A stretch of 64,000 nt of DNA from Felis catus (GCF_018350175.1 NC_058368.1:163992001-164056000), one strand, 5' to 3'; shown: positions 24,685-37,341, numbered from the stretch's first letter. A program made the numbers and translations. The notes: generated by a model from the letters alone, not told the origin.

Positions 24685-25090
24685 ATATTAAAGAGGAACC
24701 TACAAAGTGTCAGGTATTGTGTTAAGTGTTTAGGATGCAATGTCCATACTGCTTATGGATATGACTCCTGCCTTCATTGTACGTACTGTCTACAGGGGTA
24801 TATAGACAAGTAAGTGGGTAAGTAAGGTGCAGTGTGAAAATGAGCATCATAGGGGAAGTATAAGGCATAGGTGAAGTACTTAGCAAGGGAACTACATCTA
24901 GACATGGGGAGTCTGAGTTTTGCCAGTAGTAGTGACATTTAAGCTGCAAAGTCAAGGATGAAGAGAAGTTAATCCAGTGAAATGGGAGTTGGATGGGGAT
25001 GGGCACGCATTGTAGATAGAGGGGCAGCATGTGGAAAGTTTCCAAATTAAAAGAAGAAATAATTTTTCAGGAGCTGAGAGAAGTTTGCTG
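24685..25090 (-). mobile_element. L2 3' fragment
   Basis: gaacctacaaagtgtcaggtattgtgttaagtgtttaggatgca...gtgacatttaagctg..gatgaagagaagttaatccag. Confidence 0.7.
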
Positions 25091-25256
25091 AAGTATGTCG
25101 GCTACAAACTTTCCTGTGGTTATTTCAATGGTGAGTATACAACATTATTTTTTTTCCCTAAGGGCACACATTATTTAGCAAATGAATACTTTTTCTAGAC
25201 CTAGACATTTAGGAAACAATTTTGGCTCCCTTTTGTCTTCTGAAGAAGGGGCAGAA

Positions 25257-25298
25257 TGTTAATCTCCAAACATACTGATTATTTATTATCTCTGCCTG

Positions 25299-25342
<44 letters not shown>

Positions 25343-25636
25343 CTGAGTGTTGCCGGGAGGAAGGGCTACCATGCTTCTACATAACTTGCACTCTGTGGAT
25401 CATGACAAATGGATACCTTCTGTTGTCCACCTACTGGCTGTTGTCCCTTGCAACATAGAATGCAGGCATTGTGGTCAAAAACTTTGTGTGACGAGTCATA
25501 TACAACTGTTAACATGTTTCCACCTCCTGGCTCTCCTATACTTTATCTATTTTATAACTTTCTTGTTTGCATACAACACCTCAGAATCCTACTTTAAGTT
25601 TCTGAGAATTCTGCCCCTGGACAATTATACTTGACA
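25257..25636 (+). mobile_element. Probable solo LTR (family not assigned) containing a (TG)n run
   Basis: Starts TGTTAA and ends TTGACA (near-inverted TG..CA termini); LTR-like interior; no TSD seen. Confidence 0.4.
25300..25341. repeat. (TG)n microsatellite
   Basis: Perfect TG run. Confidence 0.98.
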
Positions 25637-25889
25637 ACGGAAAGGGAATAAAACACACATTAAAAAATGATTGTAAGCAACTTATGCCTATCCAAAGCAA
25701 ACTGGTGATGAAAAATTGTCCTGTGTATGTTTCTCTGTGCTGAAACAACTTGCTCCCTTCCGGCACAGCTGAGGCTTATATATTAGGTCATTCAATATTA
25801 AAGTGATTGTGAAGATTCCTAATTCACAAATATGCCCTAATAATGTATAGTAATTTTTAGCAATTATTTTCATCATTATTAATGATATT

Positions 25890-26120
25890 AATAGCTAAAA
25901 TTTGTGTCATGTTACTATATATCAAATATTAAGCTAAGTGTTTCATGCTTATTATTTCATTTAATCTGCATAATGTTCTTATGAAGAAGGCATTATCCTT
26001 TTCTTTATCTTACAGTTAAAGAAATTGAAGGATAGAGAGGTTATATACGTTGCCCCAAATCACAGAACTAATATGTGGGAGGAAGAATTTGAAACTAGGC
26101 TGGCTGACTTCAAAGGTCAC
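25890..26120 (-). mobile_element. MIR
   Basis: ttatttcatttaatctgcataa...ttacagttaaagaaattgaaggatagagaggtt...tttgaaactaggctggctgacttc. Confidence 0.75.
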
Positions 26121-26556
26121 TTGTATACCAAATAGAGTCTGTTGCTGAAGATAGTGGCATCATAAAAGTTTGCAAAAAGAGAAAACTAGCAGCATGTGCA
26201 AGAAACTGGTTGGGTATGATGTTAATTTAAAGGATAAGTTTCCGTGGCATGATGGACTGTCTTCTTATGGGTATTTTCAGGATATTTATTAGGTTAAAAT
26301 TAACTTGCAGTTCTTGTGGATGCTAATAAGCTGCCCTGTTTACCTTGAAGCTGAACTTTACAAATGGTATTGTACCTTCATAACCTTGACATTTATTAGG
26401 GTTTGAAAAGTGCTGCTCACTCCTTGAGAAAAGAGAGTAAATGTACTCTTAGAGTGCTTTGAAAAAAAAATCATTGCTATATGTGTGAATTGTTTGAGTG
26501 GTTCTTTATGGTTTACCAAGCACTTTTGCATTATTTTCTTTTATTCTTATAGCTCT

Positions 26557-26558
<2 letters not shown>

Positions 26559-26607
<49 letters not shown>
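26559..26607. repeat. (GA)n microsatellite within a MIR-like relic
   Basis: GA run; flanks aagcacttttgc / attattgcctccatt are MIR-like. Confidence 0.95.
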
Positions 26608-27549
26608 GGTATTATTGCCTCCATTGTGCTGAAAAGGAAACTTATTATTGGTGAGTGAAGGATAAACCGGAACCAGAACATGAAACTCTACTCTTTTCCT
26701 TAAATACTTCTTTCCCTCTATATACCTATATATAGTTCGGAAGAAAAATAGAGGAAATTTTGTAGGGAATAATATGTAAGAAGATAAAGTCAGCTCCCCG
26801 TAGGTAAGCTAGAATGTGACTGCCTCTTGGCTGCTTACCATTGCCAAAAATGACTTGGTTAATAACCTCACTGCAGACAATGAAATTCCCAATTACCACA
26901 ACACATAAACGTGGCATATAGCTTCTTTGCTGGCACCTACTTTTATGTCATTAGAAGAAAGCGGGGTCTTCATGGACTTCAGTTCTTCCTCTTTCCCCAA
27001 CGCTGATGCCACCAGGGAGGGAAGACAGATGTTTGTAGAGAGGGGCTTTTATAAACCTTAGGAAATCTCGGGAGCTCCTTCACTTTTTACGGAAGAAACT
27101 CATGGACTATGTGGCAAGGATTTAAAAAGATTTTGTTAAGGTATATTTTCTGTTTTAGAGCCCATTGTAGGGAGAAAACTCCATTCCAGTGATTTGCCAA
27201 CATACTCAAATTGTTGCTAAAATTTGTATTCAAATAATGTACATTTTTTAGAAAATGTAGGTCTTGGCCAAAATTTTCCATATTGAATTACAGAAATAAA
27301 AATGAGGCACGTGGCACAATAATTGAGTTGAGAGTGTAGATTTTGATAAAAAACAGGCAAGAACTGGACACGAAGACATGTTGAAGGAGACCTTGGTAGC
27401 GGTCCCAAGAAACAACAATGATAGCCTGAAGCAAGTATCTGAAGTGACCAGTGTGCCTAGAGATTGTGGCAAATAGAAAAGGCAAAAATCAGTGTACGTC
27501 AGCTAATTGGATAATATCTTTTTTTGTTGTTGTTGTTAGACATACTTTG

Positions 27550-27736
27550 TTTTTAATTTAATTTTATTTTTAAATTTACATCCAAATTAGTTAGCATATA
27601 GTGCAACAATGATTTCAGGAGTAGATTCCTTAATGCCCCTTACCCATTTAGCCCATCCCCCCTCCCCCACCCCCTCCAGTAACCCTCTGTTTGTTCTCCA
27701 TATTTATGAGTCTCTTATGCTTTGTCCCCTCCCTGT
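27550..27736 (-). mobile_element. L1_Fc 3' UTR fragment
   Basis: Nearly identical to 3057-3235 (gtagattccttaatgccccttacccatttagcccatcccccctccc...). Confidence 0.93.
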
Positions 27737-28793
27737 TAAAACAGTATTAGCAGTAATTTTACAATGATCACATGTTCTGGGAACTTGGTGATCTTCAAAT
27801 GTGATAAAAAATAATTTCCTCCGATTGAAGAAATACTTCATTGTTAGACAAGTACTTACAGTCAGAGGCTGGGTAGCAAAATTGTCCATTTTATTGGCCA
27901 AAACATCTAGTTTGATGCAGACTAGGAAAATACCACAACCCAAACAACTGGAAGAAAGTAAAATGACTCAGGGGCTGAGGGGCTGATTTAAGGCTCCTTT
28001 AGAGAGATTGAGGTCTACCCAGGGCAAAGTCTTCATGACTCTGGTGAGGACGTCGAGTCTCTCTGCTTCAGAGATGTAGGCCTTAATCAAATCTGTTATA
28101 TCTGGGTTTAGCTCACCTCTAGTTTATATAGTTACCTTTAGCGATATCTATCATTGGTCTGCTGCAGACTAGCTCTATGACCTTGGTCTAATACTTAACC
28201 TCACTGGATCTTTTTCTATAGCTCAATCAATGTACTTCCCATTCTTTTTCATTCCTCACAGGGACGCCTGTGAACAAATAACAGTGAATGTGAAGTTGTT
28301 TTGAATTTCTCGGAGGAAAGTCACATTTAATACTGGAAATTATTGCTATTATTAAAGTTTATTGAAGTTAATGATTATTATTAGAAGTTCATTGGGATAA
28401 ACAACACTGCCAGTCAAGATTTGAGTAGCTCTTAGCTAAAAAATCAACAAGAGTTAAGCTTAAATGTTATGAGGGTTCTGCTGAAGTAGATAAAGGTTTA
28501 GGTAAAAGACATTTTTTTTTCTAGGAAAAGCATTGAACGGTAGGTTTACTTAGGACCCACAAAAACATTTTCTTAGATTTTTAAAAATTGGAATTGGAAG
28601 GTGCTCAGGTACCAGGTAAAATCTATTCTGTTAGATGAGATTTACTCATTTCAGGGATGGCTGACTAGCTTCAGTTTTGTTTTCTGTTCCCTCCATACAT
28701 CTTCTTTCCTCCTAGCATCCTTCACACACAACTATGAAATAATTATAAAAGCAGTGCATTCAACAGCCTCAACTCAGCAACATACAGATATGT

Positions 28794-29296
28794 GTTACTC
28801 ATTTTTTTTCTATGTTTTGCCAGCATTAATTTTCTGTTCCACTACCCACTGGTAAGACTGGGGAGTAGAGAACCTTGATATTTACAGTAGAAGTATCTCA
28901 GTACATTCAGATAATTTTCTTCAGGTCACATTCACTACTCACTGTGGTCAATGTCTACTTTCAGTGGAGGGGTAGGGCCCTGCATTCCGTTTCACCTGTA
29001 TTTGGTAATGCCTAGGGTCTAGGTAAGGACTGACTGACACGTGAGTTACTCATTTTTTTTCTATGTTTTGCCAGCATTAATTTTCTGTTCCACTACCCAC
29101 TGGTAAGACTGGGGAGTAGAGAACCTTGATATTTACAGTAGAAGTATCTCAGTACATTCAGATAATTTTCTTCAGGTCACATTCACTACTCACTGTGGTC
29201 AATGTCTACTTTCAGTGGAGGGGTAGGGCCCTGCGTTCCGTTTCACCTGTATTTGCTAATGCCTAGGGTCTAGGTAAGGACTGACTGACACGTGAG
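28794..29296. repeat. Direct tandem duplication, 251-bp unit x2
   Basis: 28794-29044 repeats from 29045; only 2 differences seen (28984 A / 29235 G; 29005 G / 29256 C). Confidence 0.97.
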
Positions 29297-30139
29297 GGAC
29301 ATGAATGATCTATGTGAGGACTTTGGGTCACCTCTCTGATTGGCCATTGCCTCTTCTCCCTCTAACACTGGCTGCTTGATAAGATTTGATGCAGCTGGTC
29401 CCTAAGTTCTGGTTCCTTGGTATGACACTTGAACTAGGCATTGGTGACTAGGGGGCATTCTGTCTGCAGCCCCCTAACTTGAAGAATCTTATGGGGATGC
29501 TGCCACCTCTTTTTCCTCAAAACTCCTAAACAGATGGTCTTTGAGTTCCTCAGGTGACCACCTATCCTTGCCTGACATTATTTTTACAGCATGCTCTGAG
29601 CCCTCAGAAAGCCTCAGAGCCCCCACCATGGAGCTTCAGCTTAGGCAGAAATTCAAGAGAGTAATCTTTGCCCTATTCCCAACTGTTTGCAGGTCCTGGT
29701 GCTTAGCAAACAGCTAGCTGTAAAATCAGCTGCCTATGAGATATCTATGTACTCCCACAAAGGAGAGAAGAGAAAGGAGGAGTACAAGTGCTCTACAAAT
29801 TCTCTCCTATCATCTGTCCATGGATACCCCTTCTTTCCTACTACTAGGCTTTTAAAAATTTTTATTTATTTACCTTTTGTTGACAAAATTTTAGTTTCTT
29901 TGGAAACTCCTAATGCAAGGTAATTGGCATAAAAACCATTCCATTTCACATCCCTACATGATTCTTGAGTGGATCTGAATCTTTTATAAATTAGTTTTAA
30001 AAGTTGTTTTTATTCATTCTCTTTAATTAGGGAAAACAAGACATAAATTTTTCATGGCAAATGAAATCTCTCTCCTATTATAAAAGATGCCAAGAGATAA
30101 AAATCTAGGCTAATGAGTTCCAAATTATGTATATGTGTG

Positions 30140-30300
30140 TGTGTGTTTTCTCCCCATAAATCAGAAGTGCATACATTGTTTTCCCAGTTTTACTGATGTG
30201 GAAAATGAGTCTCAGAGTTGTCTACATATCTAATAAAAGGCAGAGGATATAATCAAGTTGAGATTTGGCAAACTTCAAATTCTGTATTCTTTCTGCTAGA
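30140..30300 (-). mobile_element. MIR
   Basis: cccagttttactgatgtggaaaatgagtctcagag MIR core. Confidence 0.6.
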
Positions 30301-30394
30301 GGAAACAACCCTTCAGCGATTCCACTTGGTAGGCCAGCATTTGAACCCTATTCCTAAGTGTGAGAATGGTCTTTTCTTTATGAGTCTTGGAAGG

Positions 30395-30823
30395 GGCAAA
30401 CTTGCTTCCCATTATAGAAAGTGAACATATTGGATGCTTTCTTCGCCTCCCTTGCAGCTAGGACAAGGACATGTGACCTAGGCACTTCCAAGTCAGATGT
30501 GATCCTCCTAGAATAGGGGGCACTTTGAGGAGTTCCGTCTGGTCAGCAGTAGCAGTGGCCTTGCTTGGTTGAATCTTAATGGTACCAGGGCATGACTGCC
30601 AGTGTCTGTGTATACTGTTGAGGGCTTGCAATGATGACAGTGCAAGCTGCAAAGTGCAGGATTTTGAGATGGTAATCGTGGGGTTCTGACCAGGTCAGTG
30701 GCCTCATCTGGGCATATTCTTGGCTGTCTATGCATCTGTTTCCCCAACTTTTCCAATGGATCTGAGACCTACCTAATATTCTTTTCATAAATGTGTTCCT
30801 ATTTAAATGAGCCAGGATTGGTC

Positions 30824-30825
<2 letters not shown>
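30395..30825 (+). mobile_element. ERVL LTR (LTR33-like)
   Basis: gcctcccttgcagctagg...catgtgacctagg; end ctacctaatattcttttcataaat...gagccagg. Confidence 0.65.
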
Positions 30826-30878
<53 letters not shown>

Positions 30879-30881
30879 TTT
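30825..30881. repeat. (TTTA)n microsatellite
   Basis: Perfect tetranucleotide run. Confidence 0.97.
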
Positions 30882-31183
30882 TCAGGTTACAATCTATAGT
30901 CTCTGAATCATTTTTAGCCCAATTCTTCTGTGTTTGTTTGTTGTTTTTTTTTTTCTGGGTTTGAGGTCTATGGAGTTTATTACAGAGCTAGGTAGTATTT
31001 CTATTGGACACGTTTTGCAAAGTACTATCCATGGTTTCCTTAAAACTAAGGGTGATTATTAGGATATGAAGTGTATAATTGCCACAGCATACTAGGCAAA
31101 ATGCAAGAGCATAAATGATTTTCCCCATAACTTAACAGGCATGGGCTTTGGAGTTTGTGAAAGGGGAGCAAAATAAGCATTTC

Positions 31184-31407
31184 TTTAAAAAAAATTTTTT
31201 TAACGTTTATTTATTTTTGAGACAGAGAGAGACAGAGCATGAACAGGGGAGGGGCAGAGAGAGAGAGGGAGACATAGAATCTGAAACAGGCTCCAGACTC
31301 TGAGCTGTCAGCACAGAGCCTGACGCGGGGCTTGAACTCACAGACTGCGAGATCATGACCTGAGCCGAAGTCGGACGCTTAACCGACCAAGCCACCCGGG
31401 CGCCCCC
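31184..31407 (-). mobile_element. CanSINE (SINEC_Fc)
   Basis: TSD aaaataagcatttc at 31170-31183 and 31408-31421. Confidence 0.97.
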
Positions 31408-31502
31408 AAAATAAGCATTTCAAGTGATTAATTTTATGAAGTGAAGCCCTTCAGTTGCCATCTGCCTAGCCTCATCCACTCAGTTCAAGAGTTAATGCAC
31501 AT

Positions 31503-31720
31503 GGGAGCACCTGGGTGTTTAAGTCAGTTAAGCAACGACTCTTGATTTTGGCTCAGGTCGTGATCTCATGATTCCTGAGTTGGAGCCCCATGCTGGGCTC
31601 TGTGCTGACAGTGCAGAGCCTGCTTGGAATTCTCTTTCTCTCCCTCTCTCTCTGCCCCTCCCTTGTGCACGCTCTCTCTCTCCCATGAAATAAATAAATA
31701 AACTTAAAAAAAAATAAAAA
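31503..31720 (+). mobile_element. CanSINE (older type)
   Basis: gactcttgattttggctcagg...gcagagcctgcttggaattctc body and A tail. Confidence 0.92.
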
Positions 31721-31722
31721 CA

Positions 31723-31890
31723 GAGGCACCTGGGTGGCTCAGTCGGTTGAGTGTCCGACTTCGGCTCAGGTCATGATCTCACAGCTTGTGAGTTTAAGCC
31801 CTGGCTCGGGCTCTGTGCTGATAGCTCAGAGCCTGGAGCCTGCTTCGGATTCTGTGTCTCCCTCTCTCTCTGCCTCTAATCCACTCGCAT

Positions 31891-31925
<35 letters not shown>

Positions 31926-31982
31926 AATAAATAAACATTAATAAAAAATTTAAAAATAAAAATAAAAAATAAATAAAAAAAG
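31723..31982 (+). mobile_element. CanSINE (SINEC_Fc), inserted in the tail of the previous SINE
   Basis: Full body, (CT)n and long A-rich tail. Confidence 0.95.
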
Positions 31983-32134
31983 GCTTAACACACATGAAGC
32001 CCCTTCTACTCTGTCCACCATTCCCTTTCCTACCATTCTTTATTACTTTATGTACTCTCTCTCTCTCTTTTTTGGTAAGCCTACTCCAAACACACATCTA
32101 TACATGGAATAGATTCAGTGGCTCCTCAAGAGTG

Positions 32135-32225
32135 GATACTGTGTCTCACTTGCATGTTTCTCTCCAAAATCCAGGCTGATGCCTGGAACAGAGTTGGCAA
32201 TCAGTGAATATTTATTTGAAGGAAA
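32135..32225 (+). mobile_element. L2 3' terminus
   Basis: tgcctggaacagagttggcaatcagtgaatatttatttgaa. Confidence 0.55.
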
Positions 32226-33529
32226 CAGTAAGCACTGTAAATTCTGGTATGGTTAATTTCTTTCCAATTTAACCCTTTCTTAAGTTAAATTTTCAAAGAG
32301 ATTCCTCTACATGATTTATTTAATTCTTTATTAAACTTCCATGATTTGTTTGGCTTCTTCCAAAACCTCTAGCTCTGTCTTAACTCCATCCTTTCCATAT
32401 TCTCTCCCACCACCACCCCCTCCATGTAAACCCACATATAACCAGCGTGCCCTACACAACAAGGTGGCCCAGGGGTCATGGCTGTATTCTTTTAACTTTA
32501 AAAATCTCCTCTGAAAAACCTTGGTATTAATAGCAGCACATTTTAAACTACCTTGTATGTTTACTTTCTCTGGCCCCACCTCACTGCTGCCACTTTCAAC
32601 CCATTAAGACTTAGGAAAAGGGTTTTGATTGCTTAGTGACACATGATTATGTTCAGCATTTTAAATATAATTTGGGGAAGAGAGGAATTTAGATTGGGCT
32701 TAGACATGCCTTTAACTTTATATGTTTAGAGCCTATGTCCCAAAGTTCTCTGGTACAGTCATTATCCTAGTCTATAGTGTAAAACTCTATTTGTGTTATC
32801 TGTCTCAGAATTCTGAATTTCATGCTGTGAAATATGGGGTTCCATTTTGTAACACTCCCTTTCTAGAACCTACTCTTTATTTTCAAAGAGAACAAGGATT
32901 ATAGTGGAAGAAAAGAATGAGGATAATAATGGCTCCATTTTTACAAGCACCCTGTCAGGTTTTTGTGATGTAACCTTCGTCAATTTAAGTAAAGGCAGGT
33001 GAGAAAGACCCAGGGGCTCCAGCCACACAAGGCTGCCCTACATGTCCCTACTGTTCCATCTAACCCTAACTCTCTCCCAGTCTTTTCAAAAGGAGAAAAG
33101 AAAAGGACATGAATAGTTCCTGTCTGTTGCACTACAAACTGGATAGAATATATCAAAGAGGAAATTACACGTCTGGGATTTGGAAAACATTCATTAGGAC
33201 TGATCATAGAGCAAATTGACATGGACCGGTGCAATGTGCTGGCCTTATAGTAGATTTAAATATATAGAACAAAGGCAAGGACAGGCAGTGGCTTAACCTT
33301 GATTTTCAGTCAATTTCTTTAAATATCTTTTTAACATTTCTACTGTATTTCGGGCATAAAAAGTACTGAGATCTGTTTCTAAAAAGAAACTATGTTAAGT
33401 GTCACATTGTATAAACATACCTTTAGAGGCATTTACAGTTTAGTCAGGGAAGAGGCATGGAAGAGGCATGGAAGAAATATAACAAATCATAATACTATGT
33501 AAGATTTAATAGTGACTACCGTATAGTGA

Positions 33530-33715
33530 TTAATTACCTTGTGCCTTAAACTGTTCCAAATACTATACTAATAGGACCTCTTTTTAATCTTCATAACAAC
33601 CTTATTATTAATCTGCATTTTACAAAGAAACTGAGACACAGAGTGGTGGCCCAAGGCCACACAGAAAGTGAATGGTGGAACATAATTCAAACCCAGACAG
33701 TCTGGCTGGAGAGCA
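33530..33715 (-). mobile_element. MIR
   Basis: tttaatcttcataacaacc...cattttacaaagaaactgagacacagag...attcaaacccagacagtctggct. Confidence 0.75.
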
Positions 33716-34058
33716 TGTGTGCATGTTTTAGACAGTAATAAGAGGTGACATAAGGCAGTACACGTTAAATGAATGTATATTTCAGAGGTGGCAAGATGGT
33801 GGGTTGGGCTAAACCTGTTCCTTAAGGGTTTGGGTCACACTCAGTTTTGCCTGCATGTTGTTTTGAAAAGTTTGTGTGTATTTTTAAAAATTTTAAATTA
33901 ATTTCCAGTATTTAAAAAGTGAGGGATTTTACATACATATTCAGATTCTGGCTTTTCCCGATAATTCAGATGGTATGGATATCCTCTACCCACATTCTTA
34001 TGAGGAAACATGGTCTGCAACTGAGTAGCTGCTGTTCAGTTTAAAAGAGACATTCCTT

Positions 34059-34262
34059 GGGGTGCCTGGATGGCTCAGTTAGTTAAGCCTCCCACTTTGG
34101 GTCAGGTCATGATCTTACTTTTCATGGGTTCAAGCCCCACATTGGGCTCTGTGCTGACACCTCAGAGTCTGGAGCCTGCTTTGGATTCTGTGTCTCCCCG
34201 TCTCTCTGTCCCTCTCCTGCCCACACTCTCTCTCAAAAATAAATATTTAAAAAAATAAAAAA
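34059..34262 (+). mobile_element. CanSINE (SINEC_Fc)
   Basis: Full body and A tail. Confidence 0.94.
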
Positions 34263-34280
34263 AAAAGAGGCATTGCTCTT

Positions 34281-34435
34281 GGGGCTCCAGGGTGGCTTAG
34301 TCAGTTGAGTGCCCCTTGTCAGGCTGGCTGTGTGCTGATACTGTGGAGCCAACTTGGTATTCTCTCCCTCTCTCTCTGCCCCTCCCCCGCTTACAGTCTG
34401 TCTCTCTCTCTCTCTCAAAAATAAACATAAAAAAA
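34281..34435 (+). mobile_element. CanSINE with large internal deletion
   Basis: Head and 3' CT/A segments present, B-box region missing; TSD aaaagaggcattgctctt on both sides. Confidence 0.88.
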
Positions 34436-36297
34436 AAAGAGGCATTGCTCTTCAGTTTGCTGTAGTCCTTACCACTCCCTTTTATTTCCCATACAAATGT
34501 ATGTCAGCAGCCATTTATCTTCCTGCGTCAATATTTTGTTTCTTTTGTGTTAGAGTTAGGAGGAAAATTATATCTTGTACTGATGTCTATATCAAGTATG
34601 AGAAAAATGAGAAATGTGCATAGATACCCAGCATTTACAGTTACTCATGCATGTATGCTATTGGTCAGGTTTGTGAATTTGAGGTTGTAAACTATGTAGG
34701 CTGTAACACAAGGCTCACTTGTATAGGAAAATTACTAAATATAAAACAGGAATTTGCTTGGGCCTTACAGAGTGGGTAGGATTGTCATAGGTAGAACAAA
34801 GTATGTTAGGGACGGTAGGAAGGTTAAATGGGTAAAAATCAAATTGTAATTTGTATAAAAAATAGATTCAGTAGCAAAACAATCATTACTCGGTTTTTGA
34901 CTGGAGTAATTTGTGATGGTTTTGGTGGCTTCTGAGGTTGCAGTGAATGGAAGGCATAAACAAATCTGAGAATTGTTTCAATGAAAGGACATATTATGTC
35001 TCCCCTTTCTCTGCCCTCTGTCTCTAAGACAGATAGACAACGTACTCAGATATAAACATAAATACCCAAACATACAATATGTGCACACACACATACAATC
35101 TTTACCCCTTTGAATTGTTCAGTGGATTTAAGGGTAAGATGTAATCTTGATACAACTGCCACAGTAAGTTAATTGCTAGACCATAATTGTACCAAAACAT
35201 TCAGGTAATAGCATTAGAGATATTATTTTCCTTCAGGCAGGCACTTCTGGCATCCACAGGGTCATAGAATCAATAGAGAAGAAGGGATGAACCCTGGATG
35301 CCTTATAGACAGAATCAAAAGGTAACCTTTTCCATGGGATTGCCAGCCAGTCAAGGTCTGGCTTTTCAAATTACCTGGCAAGGTCTTCTGTTGTCATCTT
35401 ATATCTACAAGCCCTAAGTGTAGTCTCCTCCAACCCGTATTCCAGTTGGAAAAAATAGTTTTTAAAAAATATCGTTTTGAATAGGTTATTACCTGGCATC
35501 TTTCAGAATAATAAAATAAAGAACAATTTCAGAACTGTCCTTGAGTGCATTTGACTGCAACATCTTCATGCACAGTGAGGCTCACTGAGCATCAGTTTGC
35601 TACACTTCACTGTACTAGAGGTAGTTCTCAATGCAGTCGTCCATTTCAATTATCTTGTGCCAAGAAAATGAGTATTTTTTAAACTCTAGTGGCACAATTT
35701 CCTCTCTTACGTATTCTGTCTTAAAAGAAAATATCACTTCCAAACAAAAGCAAATATTTAAATCTCTCCCTCACTCCTGTCCATCCCTATCTTTAAAAGA
35801 TTAGATATCGGAGCAAAATAATTTGTAGTAATTGTGTAAATTTTTAAGATGTAGCCTGGCTGAGCTACTTCTGTTCGATACATAAAATTTTTCTTAATAA
35901 ACTGCTTGAAGGAAAATAGGAATTTCACAGGTGGTAAGTCTATTTTTCTCTCTTCAGATATAACTGCTGATTTCAAACATGTGCATTTGGGACCCATGGA
36001 CAATAAAATTACTGTCTTGCAGATGCATAATAAATAAATGTTAAAGGTTGAAAGTATATGCAAAGCACACACAAAAGCAAGTGCTAACCAGGTTTTAGAA
36101 TTCGGAAGTGTCATAGCATTTGCTGCAGTGGAAAGGGCCTAGATATTTTGAGGTTTTATTCTGTGGACACTCATTTCCATCTGTAAGGGACTCCCTTCCT
36201 TTCTTCTCTCCTTCGTCTGTCCCTTCCTTTCTTTGTAACTTGAACATGTGTGCTGCCCTAATAGTTACTGTCCCAGGTGCTAGGACACAACCTCCCT

Positions 36298-36663
36298 CTA
36301 TTAGTCTGAGAGGTGTTAAAACAGGTTGTTTTAACAGAAATTTATTTTCTCACCATGCCGGAGGTTAGAAATTGGAGATCAAAGTGTTGGCTGGTTTGGT
36401 TTGTGCTTGGGCCTTTCTCCTTGGCTTGCAGACAGCTGTCTTCTTGCTGTGTCCTCTCATGGTGTTTCCTCTGCGGACATTCATCCCTGGTGTCTCTTCC
36501 TCTGTTTATAAGCATACCAGTCATATTGGATCAGAGCCCCAACATTATAACCTCATTTAACCTTAATTACCTCTTACAGTCTCTATCTCCATATGCAGTC
36601 ACATCCTAAGGTTAGGACTTCAACATATGAATATGGGAGGTACATGCTTCAGTACATGTCACA
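36298..36663 (-). mobile_element. MaLR LTR (MLT1A/MLT1A0-like)
   Basis: aacagaaatttattttctcac...ctccttggcttgcagacagctgtcttc...ccagtcatattggatcag...ggttaggacttcaacatatgaa. Confidence 0.88.
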
Positions 36664-37293
36664 CCCTAATAAGAGGTCCCTGCTTTGGAGAGGCTTATGG
36701 AATAATAGAAGGGGATAGAGAAGGGAACAAAAGTATGAATCACTTGACCAAGGATAAGTCACCTTACCTCTCACCTTCTCAGCATTTTTCCTGTAAGTGA
36801 TGGACTGGGTGAATAATATCTAAAGTTCCTAGGTCTGATGGTCTGTGATTCCTAGTCTGTGACTAAAATGGTGCCCAACACACAGCGTGAAGTAAATATG
36901 GAGAATGGGAAAAGACTGGGCAGGGGAGATAGCAGCAACTGAATGGTTTCTACTCCCTCTCTAGGAGCTACTGGGATGACTGTGATCATTCCCCTTCAGT
37001 TTTCTAAGAATGGTTCCCTGTCTCCCAAGTATTTCAGGCTGTTGGTGATTTTTATTAATCAATCACCTACCAACTTTATATTCTGAAGGAATGAAGTAAC
37101 ATTTAACAAATTCTAAATAGAACAAAACAAACCCCAAACTCTCTCCTGGGAGCTGAGTAGACATTTTGTTGCCTGAATTTAAGGACTGAGTCCCTGAAAG
37201 AATGCCCATGTACCACCAATCAATAAAGTCACTTCTCCCCTACTATAATATCAAATGCATGCAATGGAAACCCTTAGTGTTGCATATTCTGTG

Positions 37294-37341
37294 ATATATA
37301 TATATATCTATATATATCTATATCTATATATATATATATAT
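37294..37341. repeat. (TA)n simple repeat
   Basis: TA run with TC interruptions. Confidence 0.9.

Larger units (their letters stand above)
33783..34625 (+). mobile_element. hAT-Charlie element (MER102/Charlie8-like), interrupted by two SINEs
   Basis: cagaggtggcaa start; gagggattttacatacatattcagattctggc; ctgagtagctgct; resumes after the SINEs with gtccttaccactccct; homologous to 59965-60478 in the opposite orientation. Confidence 0.65.

Noticed and set aside
28794..29296. CRISPR array or paired LTRs
   Set aside because: Two abutting 251-bp copies with no spacer or internal region and no TG..CA termini; mammalian context.
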